This document shows, piece by piece, positions 51,819 to 61,948 of a stretch of 64,000 nt of DNA. The stretch is taken from the NCBI GenBank assembly GCA_963755915.1, contig CAVWLP010000002.1, positions 2,528,001 through 2,592,000 of the forward strand, read 5' to 3'. Position 1 is the stretch's first letter; every line of letters begins with the position of its first letter. The notes beneath the pieces were generated by a model. The model saw nothing but the letters and a program-made list of their open reading frames with translations. It was not told where the DNA came from and ran no database searches. Source of the DNA: an uncultured Phycisphaerales bacterium (lineage in GTDB: Bacteria > Planctomycetota > Phycisphaerae > Tepidisphaerales > Tepidisphaeraceae). The translations under genes and the position numbers were made by a program.

Positions 51819-52118
51819 TTAAGAAATCGCCGGACACCTGGTTTTGATCGGATCGTGCGCTTGAAGTCCGCGGCATACGATGCGCGAGAGCTTATCGGCG
51901 ATGTGGTCAATCGTGCGGCGCGGCACGGCGGGGAGACCATCGATCGCGAGCATCGCGAGGCCATGGACGGCGGACCAGGCGGTCAGCACGGCGGATTGCA
52001 GTTCGCACCTTCGGGCCAGCGCCGCGGCAAAGACGCCGGCGCGTGCGCCCCGGCGAATAGTGGATTCGAGCACTTCCCGGGTGCGAGCCCCGGTGTCCTC
52101 CACGACGTCGGGGCGTCC
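51819..52118 (-). pseudogene. 3' fragment of a second TetR copy
   Basis: VLESTIRRGARAGVF..ELQSAVLTAWSAVHGLAML..DHIADKLSRIVC aligns to the C-terminus of 49119..49766. No HTH. Confidence 0.85.
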
Positions 52119-52456
52119 GGCGCCGAGTTGGCGACCGGAAAGAGTTTTCCCGACGGCTCACGTTTGAGCTCAACGCCGAGCGACGCGAACCAGCGAATTG
52201 TCGCCGCCACATCGAACTCCGAGAGAATGTTGCGAACGATGTTCTGCGACCCGTTAAAATCTGTGGGGAATACTTCGTGATGTGTGACATTACATCGCCC
52301 GCCGCCGGAGACGAGAATTTTCGCACCGAGCATCTTGGCCCCATCCAGAACAACGATCCGAAGCCCTGACGGCGCCGCCTTGGCGGCAAAAATCGCCGCT
52401 GCCAGGCCCGCGGCGCCGCCACCGACAATCGCAAGATCCGCGGTATCGCTTTGCAT
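52119..52456 (-). pseudogene. 5' fragment duplicate of the HI0933 gene
   Basis: Near-identical to 47653-47988 (MQSDTADLAIVGGG...GKLFPVANSA), then stops matching. Confidence 0.9.
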
Positions 52457-52705
52457 TCGACTCGCTGCTTTTTGTTTTTATATGTTTTCCACCCTGAAGG
52501 GCAATCGTATGTCGATCGCCGGCCTGCCGGCGAACCCTATAGCGTCATGTTCCAGGGATCTCAATACCAAGGTATGGCCAATACCATCGTCCAATAGCTT
52601 TGCCGGCGCATATCGGCTCCAATCTGTCCATAGCTGCCGCTTCGAACCGTAGAGTGACTTAAAAAACCGGTCCAGCCCCACCGCTGGCCCCACAGGAGAA
52701 AAACC

Positions 52706-53227
52706 ATGAGTATTATCGATAAAGCGCTGGAAGCAAACCGCAATTATGCAAAGAGCTACAACCCAGCTCTGGGGAAGCATCCGACCCCAAAAATCGTAGT
52801 TGTAACCTGCATGGATCCACGGCTCTCAGACCTCCCTGGAATCCTGGGGCTGCCGGAAGCTGATATCGACGTGATCCGAACCGGCGGACCCGCCGTAACC
52901 GAAGATGTTCTGGGGGAGCTTATTGTCTCCAACCGGATACTCGGAACCACCGAGATACTGCTTCTCAACCACACCGGCTGCGGGTTCACGACATTCACGG
53001 ATGCCGATTTGAACGCGAAGCTGAGCGCTTCGACCGGCGATGCGTCGCCGGCTCCAATGCGATTCTTCTCCTACAAGGACCCCGAGGAAAATACCCGGGA
53101 GCAGATCAAGAAAGTCAGGTCGCATCCCTGGATTGCCAAAGACGTCCCCGTGCGCGGCGTCGTTTTCGATGTGAACACGGGTAGACTGCACGAAGTCAAA
53201 GTACTTGAACACAAACGCGGCGCCTGA
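52706..53227 (+). CDS. Beta-class carbonic anhydrase family protein (short, clade D-like)
   Basis: CMDPR (CxDxR) and HTGCG (HxxC) Zn ligands, FDVNTGRL. RBS AGGAG. Confidence 0.9.
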   Translation: MSIIDKALEANRNYAKSYNPALGKHPTPKIVVVTCMDPRLSDLPGILGLPEADIDVIRTGGPAVTEDVLGELIVSNRILGTTEILLLNHTGCGFTTFTDADLNAKLSASTGDASPAPMRFFSYKDPEENTREQIKKVRSHPWIAKDVPVRGVVFDVNTGRLHEVKVLEHKRGA

Positions 53228-53511
53228 CTCACGATCACTTTTGCTTGCTGCACGGCCGCTCGATTCTTGCTTCCGGCCAGGCGGTGATGAATTGGCGCGA
53301 GGAGTTCCGCAGACTGGATGTTCAGTCGGAGAGCATTTGCCGCGCTGCCAGGGTAATTCTCCAGGGTCTATAAAGAGCGAATCATTGAACCAAAGTCTGC
53401 TTTAGACTGATTTCCATAACACTTTTCTGTATGGCGGCTATCAAGTCATCGGTCGTAGCCATTCCGTGTCCGGTATTGATACCACGCCGGCAAAGATTGC
53501 GACGCTTTTGT

Positions 53512-53579
53512 GTATGCGGTAATGCCGCACGTACGGATCTGTGCGGGGGGCCGTTCGCAAGGGCGGTCCCTACCGCGAC
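53512..53579 (+). ncRNA. Group II intron 3' remnant (domain V-VI)
   Basis: GTATGCGGTAATGCCGCACGTACGGATCTGTGCGGGGGGCCGTTCGCAAGGGCGGTCCCTACCGCGAC: DV with GTAA loop and AC bulge, DVI with bulged A, ending in AC. The 5' AGC triad is lost. Confidence 0.85.
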
Positions 53580-53605
53580 CCTCCCGACCCCCCTTTAGTC
53601 TCTGT

Positions 53606-54355
53606 TCAATTTCCCAACCGCAAGCGCAGGCGCCTGTATGCCAGCACCGCGATGCCGAGCGCGACCGCGATAGCCCACGTCGACGGCTCGGGGACCGACG
53701 TCAGAATCAGTGCATTGAGCTGACCCCCAACATCAGGATCGCCGTCGTTAACGGGCGGCTGCGCATTTTGGCATAAGATCTGGAACGGCTGTGTCGTCGC
53801 ATCCGCCACAAATGTGCCGATCGCATAGGCGCCAATCGCCGGCGAACCATTGGCAAACGCATAGGTTTCAGTGAGCGACGGCGTCGAGCCATTGGACTGC
53901 GAAATTGTGAAGAGCCGGCCAATGTACACGGGGCGCGTGTCGGCCAACAGGACTTCAAATTCGTATGAATTCCCGATTGTCAGATTGTTGAGCGTATAGG
54001 TGATCTCATGGGTAAATGCACTTGGAAAATCGGCGGTATTCAATACGCTGTCGAACGCGGCGTCTCCCGTGGTGGCGGACATGAATACCGCGTTGGTGGA
54101 GACCCCTTCGCTCGACGACTCAGTTAGATTCGTACCATTGTCAGCACCAAAAATGATGCCGGTCGCCGAATCCGTCACGGCCGAAGAGGAACCAACATCG
54201 ACCGCGTACACCACGTTCGAGGTCAGCTCAACGCTGTTACTGGTAAACGTCCCCGAAGTCGGATACGCAATTACCGCGGCTTGCGTCCGTCCCGTGGCCA
54301 GCATGCCCATGAGAACCAACGAACATACGGCAGCCTTATGAATAAATCGACGCAT
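53606..54355 (-). CDS. PEP-CTERM surface protein
   Basis: Signal peptide (TQA-A), LNNLTIGNSY, GTFVADATTQ, VPEPSTW + TM helix + RRLRLR. Confidence 0.88.
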   Translation of the reverse strand: MRRFIHKAAVCSLVLMGMLATGRTQAAVIAYPTSGTFTSNSVELTSNVVYAVDVGSSSAVTDSATGIIFGADNGTNLTESSSEGVSTNAVFMSATTGDAAFDSVLNTADFPSAFTHEITYTLNNLTIGNSYEFEVLLADTRPVYIGRLFTISQSNGSTPSLTETYAFANGSPAIGAYAIGTFVADATTQPFQILCQNAQPPVNDGDPDVGGQLNALILTSVPEPSTWAIAVALGIAVLAYRRLRLRLGN

Positions 54356-54664
54356 TTTTTTCTCCTTTCGATGACCCCATCGCGTCAGCCAGCAATGGTG
54401 TGTCGCAGACTTCAACCCTCATCGTTCAAACTGAGAGGTGAAATCACGGGGCGGAACAATACAAAAATCGCAATAACGTTTTCAACCAAATTCGCCGAAG
54501 TCTGCGCAAAAATAGAAAATATTTCGTTGGTCATTTTGTTGCAACCGATTACAACGAATATAGGAAAAATGGGTTCCAAAGTATCCGTCGAAGCGGTTGT
54601 CGCAATGCACGCCGATCTCGACGCAAAGCACATCTTCCGCATTTGATAAGCTCGGCAAGATGAC

Positions 54665-54830
54665 GGCTCGTGCTTGGGCTCGCGCCCGCGTTGCGGGGTA
54701 CCGTGTTGTTGAAGAAGTTGCTGAGGTTGGCGGACGTCAGGGTGTAAGTTCCGGTCTCGGTGGTGCCGGCACCTTCCGCCCCCGTCGGCTGGCCGTTGTC
54801 CAGCCAGTTGGCAAAGCGGCAGTCCGCCGA
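54665..54830 (-). pseudogene. Fragment of an FGE/SUMF1-like surface protein gene
   Basis: RFANWLDNGQPTGAEGAGTTETGTYTL...RNAGA motif without flanking coding sequence. Confidence 0.55.
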
Positions 54831-55119
54831 GAACCTCTGATCGCGCCACCCCGCGATCTGCTCCATAAGACTACAAACGGTTCCATTGCGCGCCCATCGC
54901 CCGAAAAAGCCGATTCTTGCTTTCCTATTCTGCCCAAACCCCCCATTTTGTTGCCGAGTGTTACCTTTTGTACCGAAGGGGTCCGCGGCAAATTTTTTAG
55001 GGTTCCGTTCGTAATTTCGCCCCTGATCAAGCCTTCAATTCATCCAAACCCAATTCAATTTGACTTGCCCCCGCCGCGCGAGGAAAATGAACTCTCTAGC
55101 CTGTTGGAGAGTCAATCGA

Positions 55120-56830
55120 ATGCTTAAGTTGAAGGCAGTATTCAGTACATTGGCAGCGGTTTCTCTGTGCGCCTGGTTTTGGGCCTATCCGGCTGCGGCA
55201 GTGCCGCCACCGCTGATCGGGCGGCCAAGGACTCGCTCGACGAAGTCGATCGCGAGCGGGCGCAGGATTCCAGCCTGGAAAACCTCGACCGCGTGCAGGC
55301 GACGCTCGACTCGCTGGCCAGCAACAGCAACCTTTCCGATGTGATGCAGATTCTCGTCCGCTCGCGGCAGGCGCAGGTGCGGCTGGAGCGGATTCAGCTC
55401 ATGATCGCCGACCTGCGGTCGCAGGAGCTGACCATCACCCGCAACATCGACGATATGGAGAATCTGGCGATGCAGGTCGCCTCGGCGCAGGCCAGTGCCG
55501 AGGCCCTCAAGGCGTATGAGCCGACCGGGCAGGTCGAGAAGCTCAAAGCCCAGGAAGCACAAATCGGCGGCTCGGAAACGCAAGCGACCTGGCAGATGGC
55601 CGGCGGCAGCGGAACGCTTCCCACGCTCTTCGCTATCAAAGCGCAGATTCAGAGCCTTACCCAGCAGATTCAGGATAATCAATCGCAGACCGATGCGGCT
55701 CACAAGCTTAGCGCGGCCAAGGGAGATGAGGCGGAGCAATATCTTCGCCGGGCCGAGGGAGAGCTGGGCGACAAGCAGGTTGCCGACACGGTTAGCGCCG
55801 CCACCGATCGCCGCGACGCGGCTTTGGCTGATTCGAAGGCGGCGGGTCTTGCCAATGAGCTCACCAAGCTTCAGGCTTCTCTCGACGAGGCCAAGGTGCA
55901 GGAGGCGGCGCTGGAATCGGCCATCACTTCACTCGAGGCGCAGATCCAGGCGCAGAACGACCGGTGGACGAGTATTTCGCAGCAGATCGATGCCGAGCGG
56001 AAGGTGCAGTCGGACCTGATCGTTCCCAGCGGCGAGCCGGGGAGCGTGTCGATCGACATTCTGGCGACGAGCCTGGCGGTTTCTCTGCAGGAAGCGGCGA
56101 AGATGCGCGATACCGTGAACGACCAGCTCAATGCCGTCATTCCGCAGCTCAATACGATCATCACCCACTGCAACGCTCTGCGCACCACCTGGCGTCAGGA
56201 CGAGATGGAAAAACAGGACAGCCCGGATGTGGCTATCTGGCACGAGACCGAGGAAATCCTGCATCCGATGTATTTCAACCTGCAAATGGCGACGGCACTG
56301 GAAGCGCGGGCATCGGTGGCGGCGGCGAAGACGCGCATCGACCTGATGATCGAGCGCATGTTCGACGGATTTACCGGTGCGGCGGCGGCGGGAAACCAGG
56401 GCGTCGTCGTTCCGGGACTGACGGCGCTGCTGGATAAGAATAAAACCGGTGTCGATGTTCCCAAAGCGGTGGGAGATTTGCAGCCGCTTGATCCGGATGC
56501 ACTGAAGCAGGAAGAAGACGACGCGAACAAGGCATTCAGTGAAGCCGCCGATGCGTACGGCGAGCAGCGTTTCGGAGCGACCGACACAGGCGCCCGGCCG
56601 CGGAGCGGCGCAACGTGGCGCTGCTGGGGACGGCGCAATTGAATCGGCAGTGGGCGGATTTCGCGTCGTTCATCGGCGACGCCAGCGGTGCCGCCGAACA
56701 CGAGCACGCGGCCGAAGACGCGCAGACGCAGATCGACCCGACGTTCTCGCTGGCGGCCACAGTGCTGCCGCCCGCGCCGCCGACATCGACTGGCGGTTCG
56801 TCTTCAAGCGGCGGGAATGCCAACCCCTAA
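55120..56830 (+). CDS. Coiled-coil putative lipoprotein (frameshifts at ~55168 and ~56600)
   Basis: MLKLKAVFSTLAAVSL joined to LVLGLSGC lipobox, long heptad-rich helical body, tail in ORF 56615..56830. Confidence 0.65.
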
Positions 56831-56914
56831 AAAGCGACAACGGATTCCCCGCAATCGACAAAAAATAACATTCCACCCATTGACAGCGGACGCAAAGTTT
56901 GCTTTTTTATGTTG

Positions 56915-57094
56915 AGCAGGCGTCAGGGAAGGCGGTGAAAATCCGCCGCGGACGCGCCGCTGTGAGTGACCGATGCGTGAGTGAGCATTGTGCGGGCCGT
57001 TTTTTGGGGCCCGATCGGTTCTGAAAAAGTCACTGGTGCAAGAGCGCCGGGAAGACTCAGGGCCGGAAGTCACGAGCCAGAAGACCTGCCTGCC
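56915..57094 (+). ncRNA. Cobalamin (B12) riboswitch
   Basis: GCAGG..AGGGAA-GGCGG-TGAAAAT-CCGCC-GCGGACGCGCCGCTGTGA...GTCACTG...CGGGAAG...GAGCCAGAAGACCTGCC (B12 box), with P1 GCAGG/CCTGC. Confidence 0.92.
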
Positions 57095-57252
57095 ATGCGA
57101 GCCGCGCTGAAGCGCGAACTCGAAGCCATGTCCGAACGGGCCGCGCGAATCGGCGATCGGAAAGCCAATTTCACAATCTGGTTGGGCCGAATTTTTGCGC
57201 GGGAGCTTTCTCGTTGCGCGAATGTCGGCATTTCCGAAATTGGAGGAAGATC

Positions 57253-58293
57253 ATGCGTCATGTTTCCCGTATTTTTCGAGCGGTTTTTTTCTGCGGTTTG
57301 CTTCTGAAATTTGCTGCGGGGTATGCGCTGGGCCAAATCCAGGCGCCCGCGGGTTATCAGGTTGTTCCGCTGGTCGATTCTTCGGATCAGCCGTTTTCTC
57401 CGGACGGGCTGGCGGTGAGCTCGACGGGAGAGCTGGCGGCGACGAATGGGTCGACGGTTACGCTTTACAACACTTGGCAGAACGGCCGGACGGTGGTTGC
57501 CACGGCGACCGACCCTAATTGGGTTTTCGATACTGATCCGGTTTTCCTCAACAGTTCGACGATTGTCTTCGGCGAAGACGGGAACACCGACGCGCTGTGG
57601 GAAGTGAACTTCGCGACGCCGACGCCGACGATTACGCAGATTACGGCGAACAACAGTCTGCCGGCGGTTCAGGGCGTGGCGCTGATCAACTCGACCACCG
57701 CCCTGGTCTCCGGCGCGACCTCTTCGTTTGGGAGCGGCGGAGGGCTTTATCTTGACTCGGTGAATCTGACGCAGACATCCAGCAACATTTCGCCGGTGGT
57801 GCAGAACGTCGGCAGTGGGTATGTGGGCGCTGCCGGTGTGTCGCCGGGCGGGGCGGATTTGCTTTTGGAGGACTCGATCAGCGGACCTTCGCTGGTCCAC
57901 TATTACGACAGCAACACGTCGTCAGCCATTGATCTGACCGATGGCGGCGGGTCGGGCGCCTACGGAATTACCTTCGATTCCGCTGGGATCGCTTATGTCA
58001 CCACTACCGACACGATCACCGCGATCTCGGGAATCGATTCTGCCTCGCCACAGGTGAGCGAGTTTGCCTCGGATTATGCGAATTCGGAGAATCCGTTCCC
58101 TTTCCTGACGAGCATTTCGTTTACCGGCGGGGGGTTCAATCCGAATCTTCCGCTCAGCGAAGGCACCGGCGCGTTGATCTTCAACGACGCTGACGCAGGG
58201 CAGGCGTATGCGATCGTCGTTCCCGAGCCGGCATGCGCGGGACTGCTCGCGGTGCTGTGTGCCGGAGGGCTCATGCGACGGAAAACACGATGA
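57253..58293 (+). CDS. PEP-CTERM protein, beta-propeller-like, first gene under the B12 riboswitch
   Basis: RBS GGAGG at 57242, signal peptide, PDGLAVSSTG / AYGITFDSAG blade motifs, VPEP + TM helix + RRKTR. Confidence 0.85.
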   Translation: MRHVSRIFRAVFFCGLLLKFAAGYALGQIQAPAGYQVVPLVDSSDQPFSPDGLAVSSTGELAATNGSTVTLYNTWQNGRTVVATATDPNWVFDTDPVFLNSSTIVFGEDGNTDALWEVNFATPTPTITQITANNSLPAVQGVALINSTTALVSGATSSFGSGGGLYLDSVNLTQTSSNISPVVQNVGSGYVGAAGVSPGGADLLLEDSISGPSLVHYYDSNTSSAIDLTDGGGSGAYGITFDSAGIAYVTTTDTITAISGIDSASPQVSEFASDYANSENPFPFLTSISFTGGGFNPNLPLSEGTGALIFNDADAGQAYAIVVPEPACAGLLAVLCAGGLMRRKTR

Positions 58294-60902
58294 CACGCAG
58301 GCGACAATTTGCATCCTTCGGCACGGCGGCGCTTTAACAGCGCCGCCGTGCGCGCCTGCGCCGATCAGTTTTTCGCGTCCCAGGTGATCAGCACCAACAG
58401 CGGAGAGGGCGAGCAGGGAGAATTCGCCGACCCGACCGTCGCCCTCGGCGGCCCCACGGGTGAAGGCGATTTTATGCAGACGCTGAATGTTTATCGCCTT
58501 GGGTACGGTGGCTCAGCGACTTTCGGTTTCGGCGATGAGGCCATCACTGACGGGGCCGGCGCAGATTTCGTCGTGTATGCGAATGCGTTCTACGTGAATG
58601 GAGATTCCAGCGAGGATTACGCGGAGTTGAGTTATGTCTCGGTGTCCAGCGATGGGGTTCATTTTGCAACCTTCCCCAACGTCTCCCAGACCCCCCAGTC
58701 TGTCGGGATGTACGGGAACATCAACCCCGCCTGCGTCAGCGGCTACGCCGGGGTGACGCCGGTCTACGCGAACGTCACGACCAATGCGATCGATCCGTTC
58801 GATCCCGCAGTGGCCGGGGGCGATGCGTTTGATCTTTCGGAGCTGGATGATTCGCCCCTCATCGCCGAGGGATATCTGAATCTCAACGATATTCGCTACG
58901 TGCAGCTTACCGACGCGGTGAGCGGCACGAGCGTCGATTCGGATGGTCACACGATTTACGATCCGGGGCTGTGCGAAAACGTGAACTCGATCGCTGTCAT
59001 CAGCGGGGCGTATTCCTCGGGGGGCGGGGGGATCACCTGGTCGGATGGTTCGGGGGATAACCAATGGAATGCAACCAGCACAAACTGGAACGGCGGGGGG
59101 GGCATACAAATTATTCGGATGGGAGCAACGTCATTCTCGATGACAGCTCCGGGAAATATGCGGTCACTTTGAACACCGTCGTGAATCCGGGTTCAGTTAC
59201 TGTCAGCGACAGCGGCGGCGATTATTTGATAAGCGGAACGGGCGGCATCTCCGGGACGGGAAGCCTGGTGAAAACGGGCAGCCGGACGCTTACGCTGGAC
59301 ACGGTGAATTCGTACAGCGGCGGAACTTCGGTTTATGCCGGGACGCTGGTCGCTGGAGTGAGCGGTGCTCTTCCAGATGGGGAGGTGACAGTCACTGGGG
59401 GTGAGTTGCAGCTTGCGGCCGGGACGGGAATGACACAATTGAGTTCGCTCGTTGTCGCCGGGGCGGGCGTGGTCGATGTCGGGAAAAATGGATTGATGAT
59501 CGACTACGGGGACGGGAGCGATCCGATCGGAGCGATCTCGCAATACATCGCGAACGGTTACAACAACGGGGGCTGGAACGGGCCGGGAATTGTCTCGTCG
59601 GCAGCTCGATCGCCGACGGACGGTTTGTATTACGGCGTTGGATATGCCGATGGGGCTGATGGCGTCGTCAACGGGTTGGGATCGGGATTTATCGAGGTTA
59701 AATACACGCTGCTGGGGGATGCGAATCTTGACGGAGTGGTTAACGGCAGCGACTTCAGCATTCTTGCCTCCAATTTTGGGGAAGGGGTTACCAACTGGGA
59801 TCAGGGGAATTTTTTGTTCACGTCGTCGGTGAATGGCTCGGATTTTTCGGTGCTGGCGGCGAATTTCGGGCAGGGATCGACAGCGCCGGCAGACCGCGCG
59901 GCGCTGGAGGCTTTTGCGGCGGCCAATGGGCTGATGGCGGAGTTGCCGGAACCTGGTGGGGTGGCGTTGGTTGCGATTGGGGTGCTTGGGGTGATGCGAA
60001 GAAAACGCGCTTCCCTTCGGGTTGCGGCTAAACGGGGCGGTTTTACTCTCGTCGAGCTGCTCGTTGTCATCGGAATCATCGCGATTCTTGTCGGGCTTAT
60101 CCTGCCGGCGCTGGGCATTGCGCGGCAGCAGGCGCAATCTGCGTTTTGCCAGAATAATCTGCGCCAATATGTGATTGCCTCGCTGACGTATGCGCAGGAT
60201 TGGCACGGCTATTGGCCGCCGGTTGCGGTCGATATGTTGCGCACTAACCTCAACCGGTGGGGCGGCACACGCCTCACCACAAGCGATCCCTTGACATTTT
60301 TCCCCAGCACCAAGTCTCCAAACCAGTCGCCAGGTTCCTGCCTCCTGCCGTATCTACGGAACGCAGCGGTATTGTCATGTCCAAATTTTCAGCCCGCAGT
60401 GACCTCCGGCATCCTTGCGTTTGAGGCAACATCCGGCGCCTATCCCGGCGGATATGGATACAACGGTTACTATCTCGGCGCGAGCACAGACATTCCGCAG
60501 CTCGTGATCACCGCCAAGACCGCTGCGCAGATGGACGTGCTTGTGGGGAATGTTCCGGCCAAGCTGACGATGATCCGGCACTCCTCGGCGAAGATTGCCT
60601 TCGCGGATGCGGCGATGGGGCAGCAGGGAAATCTGCTGATTGAGTATTCGTTTCTTGAACCGCCGATGGATATCACTTCTTACGAATACGGGGTTGTTTC
60701 ATCGGTGATGTGGGGCGAGGCGTCGCCGTCGATCCATTTTCGGCATCGGGGATACGCCAACGTGGCGTGGGCGGACGGGCATGTCACAAGCGAGAAATTC
60801 CAGTGGACCTATCCGGGAACCAACAACTACGGAGCGAACAATAATCTGCTCCAACTGGGCTATTTCGGCCCTCAGGACAACTCGCTATTCTCGCGAGATT
60901 GA
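58290..60902 (+). CDS. Multidomain surface protein: putative B12-binding jelly-roll + autotransporter-associated beta repeat + dockerin-like + PEP-CTERM + type IV prepilin/H-X9-DG (frameshifts at ~58335 and ~59100)
   Basis: ATGA overlap with the upstream stop. [47 protein letters not shown]...[31 protein letters not shown] twice; [40 protein letters not shown]. Confidence 0.75.
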
Positions 60903-60989
60903 AGCGTGTAGAATTGAGGGAGGAGAGGTGATGACCATCGGCTTCGCGCGGAGCCTGGCCGTGTTCGATAGTCTTGCTCTGGGAATGTT

Positions 60990-61922
60990 GTGGTCCACCA
61001 AGGGATTGAAGTCCTAAAGCGGAACATTCAGTCGGTATTTTTTGGGCACGGCCGGTCGGTGGATCTTCTGCTGACGGCGCTGTTCGCGCGCGGGCATGTG
61101 CTGATCGAGGATGTGCCTGGTGTCGGCAAAACGGTGCTGGCGCGGTCGCTGGCGCGGAGCCTGGACTGTAAATTCAGCCGGATTCAGCTTACGCCCGATC
61201 TGCTGCCCAGCGACGTTCTGGGGGTTTCGGTGTTCAATGGGCGGACCCAGGCCTTTGAATTCAAGCCCGGCCCTATTTTTGCCAATTTTCTGCTTGCTGA
61301 CGAAATCAACCGCACGACGCCTCGAACGCAGTCGGCCCTGCTGGAAGCGATGAGCGAAGAGCAGGTGAGCGTGGAGAACCAGACGCTGCCGCTGCAGCGG
61401 CCGTTCATGGTGGTGGCCACGCAAAATCCTTTTGAGTTTGAGGGAACCTATTATCTTCCGGAGAACCAGCTCGACCGATTTTTGCTGCGGATATCGCTGG
61501 GATATCCGGGTCGGACGGCCGAGCAGAGAATTGTCACGACGCAGCCGGGCCGGGCGGCGCTGGAGCAGCTCAAGCCGGTGATGACCGCGGCGGAAGTCGT
61601 GGCGATACAGGATATGGTGGCCCGCATTCGCATTGACTCGTCGATCGTCGATTACGTGCTGGATCTCGTCGAAGCCACTCGGCATCACGAGCAACTTCAC
61701 CTGGGGGTTTCCCCGCGCGGCGCGCTGGCGCTGACGCAGGCGATCCAGGCGACGGCCGTGGTCGGCGGGCGCGATTACGTTACGCCTGACGACGTCAAAA
61801 CCCTGTTCATTCCCGTCTGCGCCCACCGGGTTTTGAGCAAGACGTATATACACAACGGCGACGCAGTGACGACCGGGCGGGTGCTTCAGTCGATTCTGGA
61901 TATCACCCCGGCGCCGAGATAA
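60990..61922 (+). CDS. MoxR-family AAA+ ATPase
   Basis: GHVLIEDVPGVGKT, RIQLTPDLLPSD, LADEINRTTPRTQSALLEAM, ATQNP, GVSPRG. Confidence 0.95.
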   Translation: MVHQGIEVLKRNIQSVFFGHGRSVDLLLTALFARGHVLIEDVPGVGKTVLARSLARSLDCKFSRIQLTPDLLPSDVLGVSVFNGRTQAFEFKPGPIFANFLLADEINRTTPRTQSALLEAMSEEQVSVENQTLPLQRPFMVVATQNPFEFEGTYYLPENQLDRFLLRISLGYPGRTAEQRIVTTQPGRAALEQLKPVMTAAEVVAIQDMVARIRIDSSIVDYVLDLVEATRHHEQLHLGVSPRGALALTQAIQATAVVGGRDYVTPDDVKTLFIPVCAHRVLSKTYIHNGDAVTTGRVLQSILDITPAPR

Positions 61923-61948
61923 TGTCTGGTTAGAGCCGGAAGCCGGTC

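Noticed and set aside
54538-54556. Second Zur-box-like palindrome gttgcaa-ccga-ttacaac
   Set aside because: Spacer length and one arm differ from the 32142 site, and no zinc gene is adjacent.
56880-56913. Sigma70 promoter for the B12 riboswitch (TTGACA at 56880)
   Set aside because: Good -35, but no convincing -10 at 16-18 bp spacing.
53400-60902. Diversity-generating retroelement or retron involving the intron remnant and FGE-like fragments
   Set aside because: No reverse transcriptase and no TR/VR pair with adenine-specific mismatches seen in the window.
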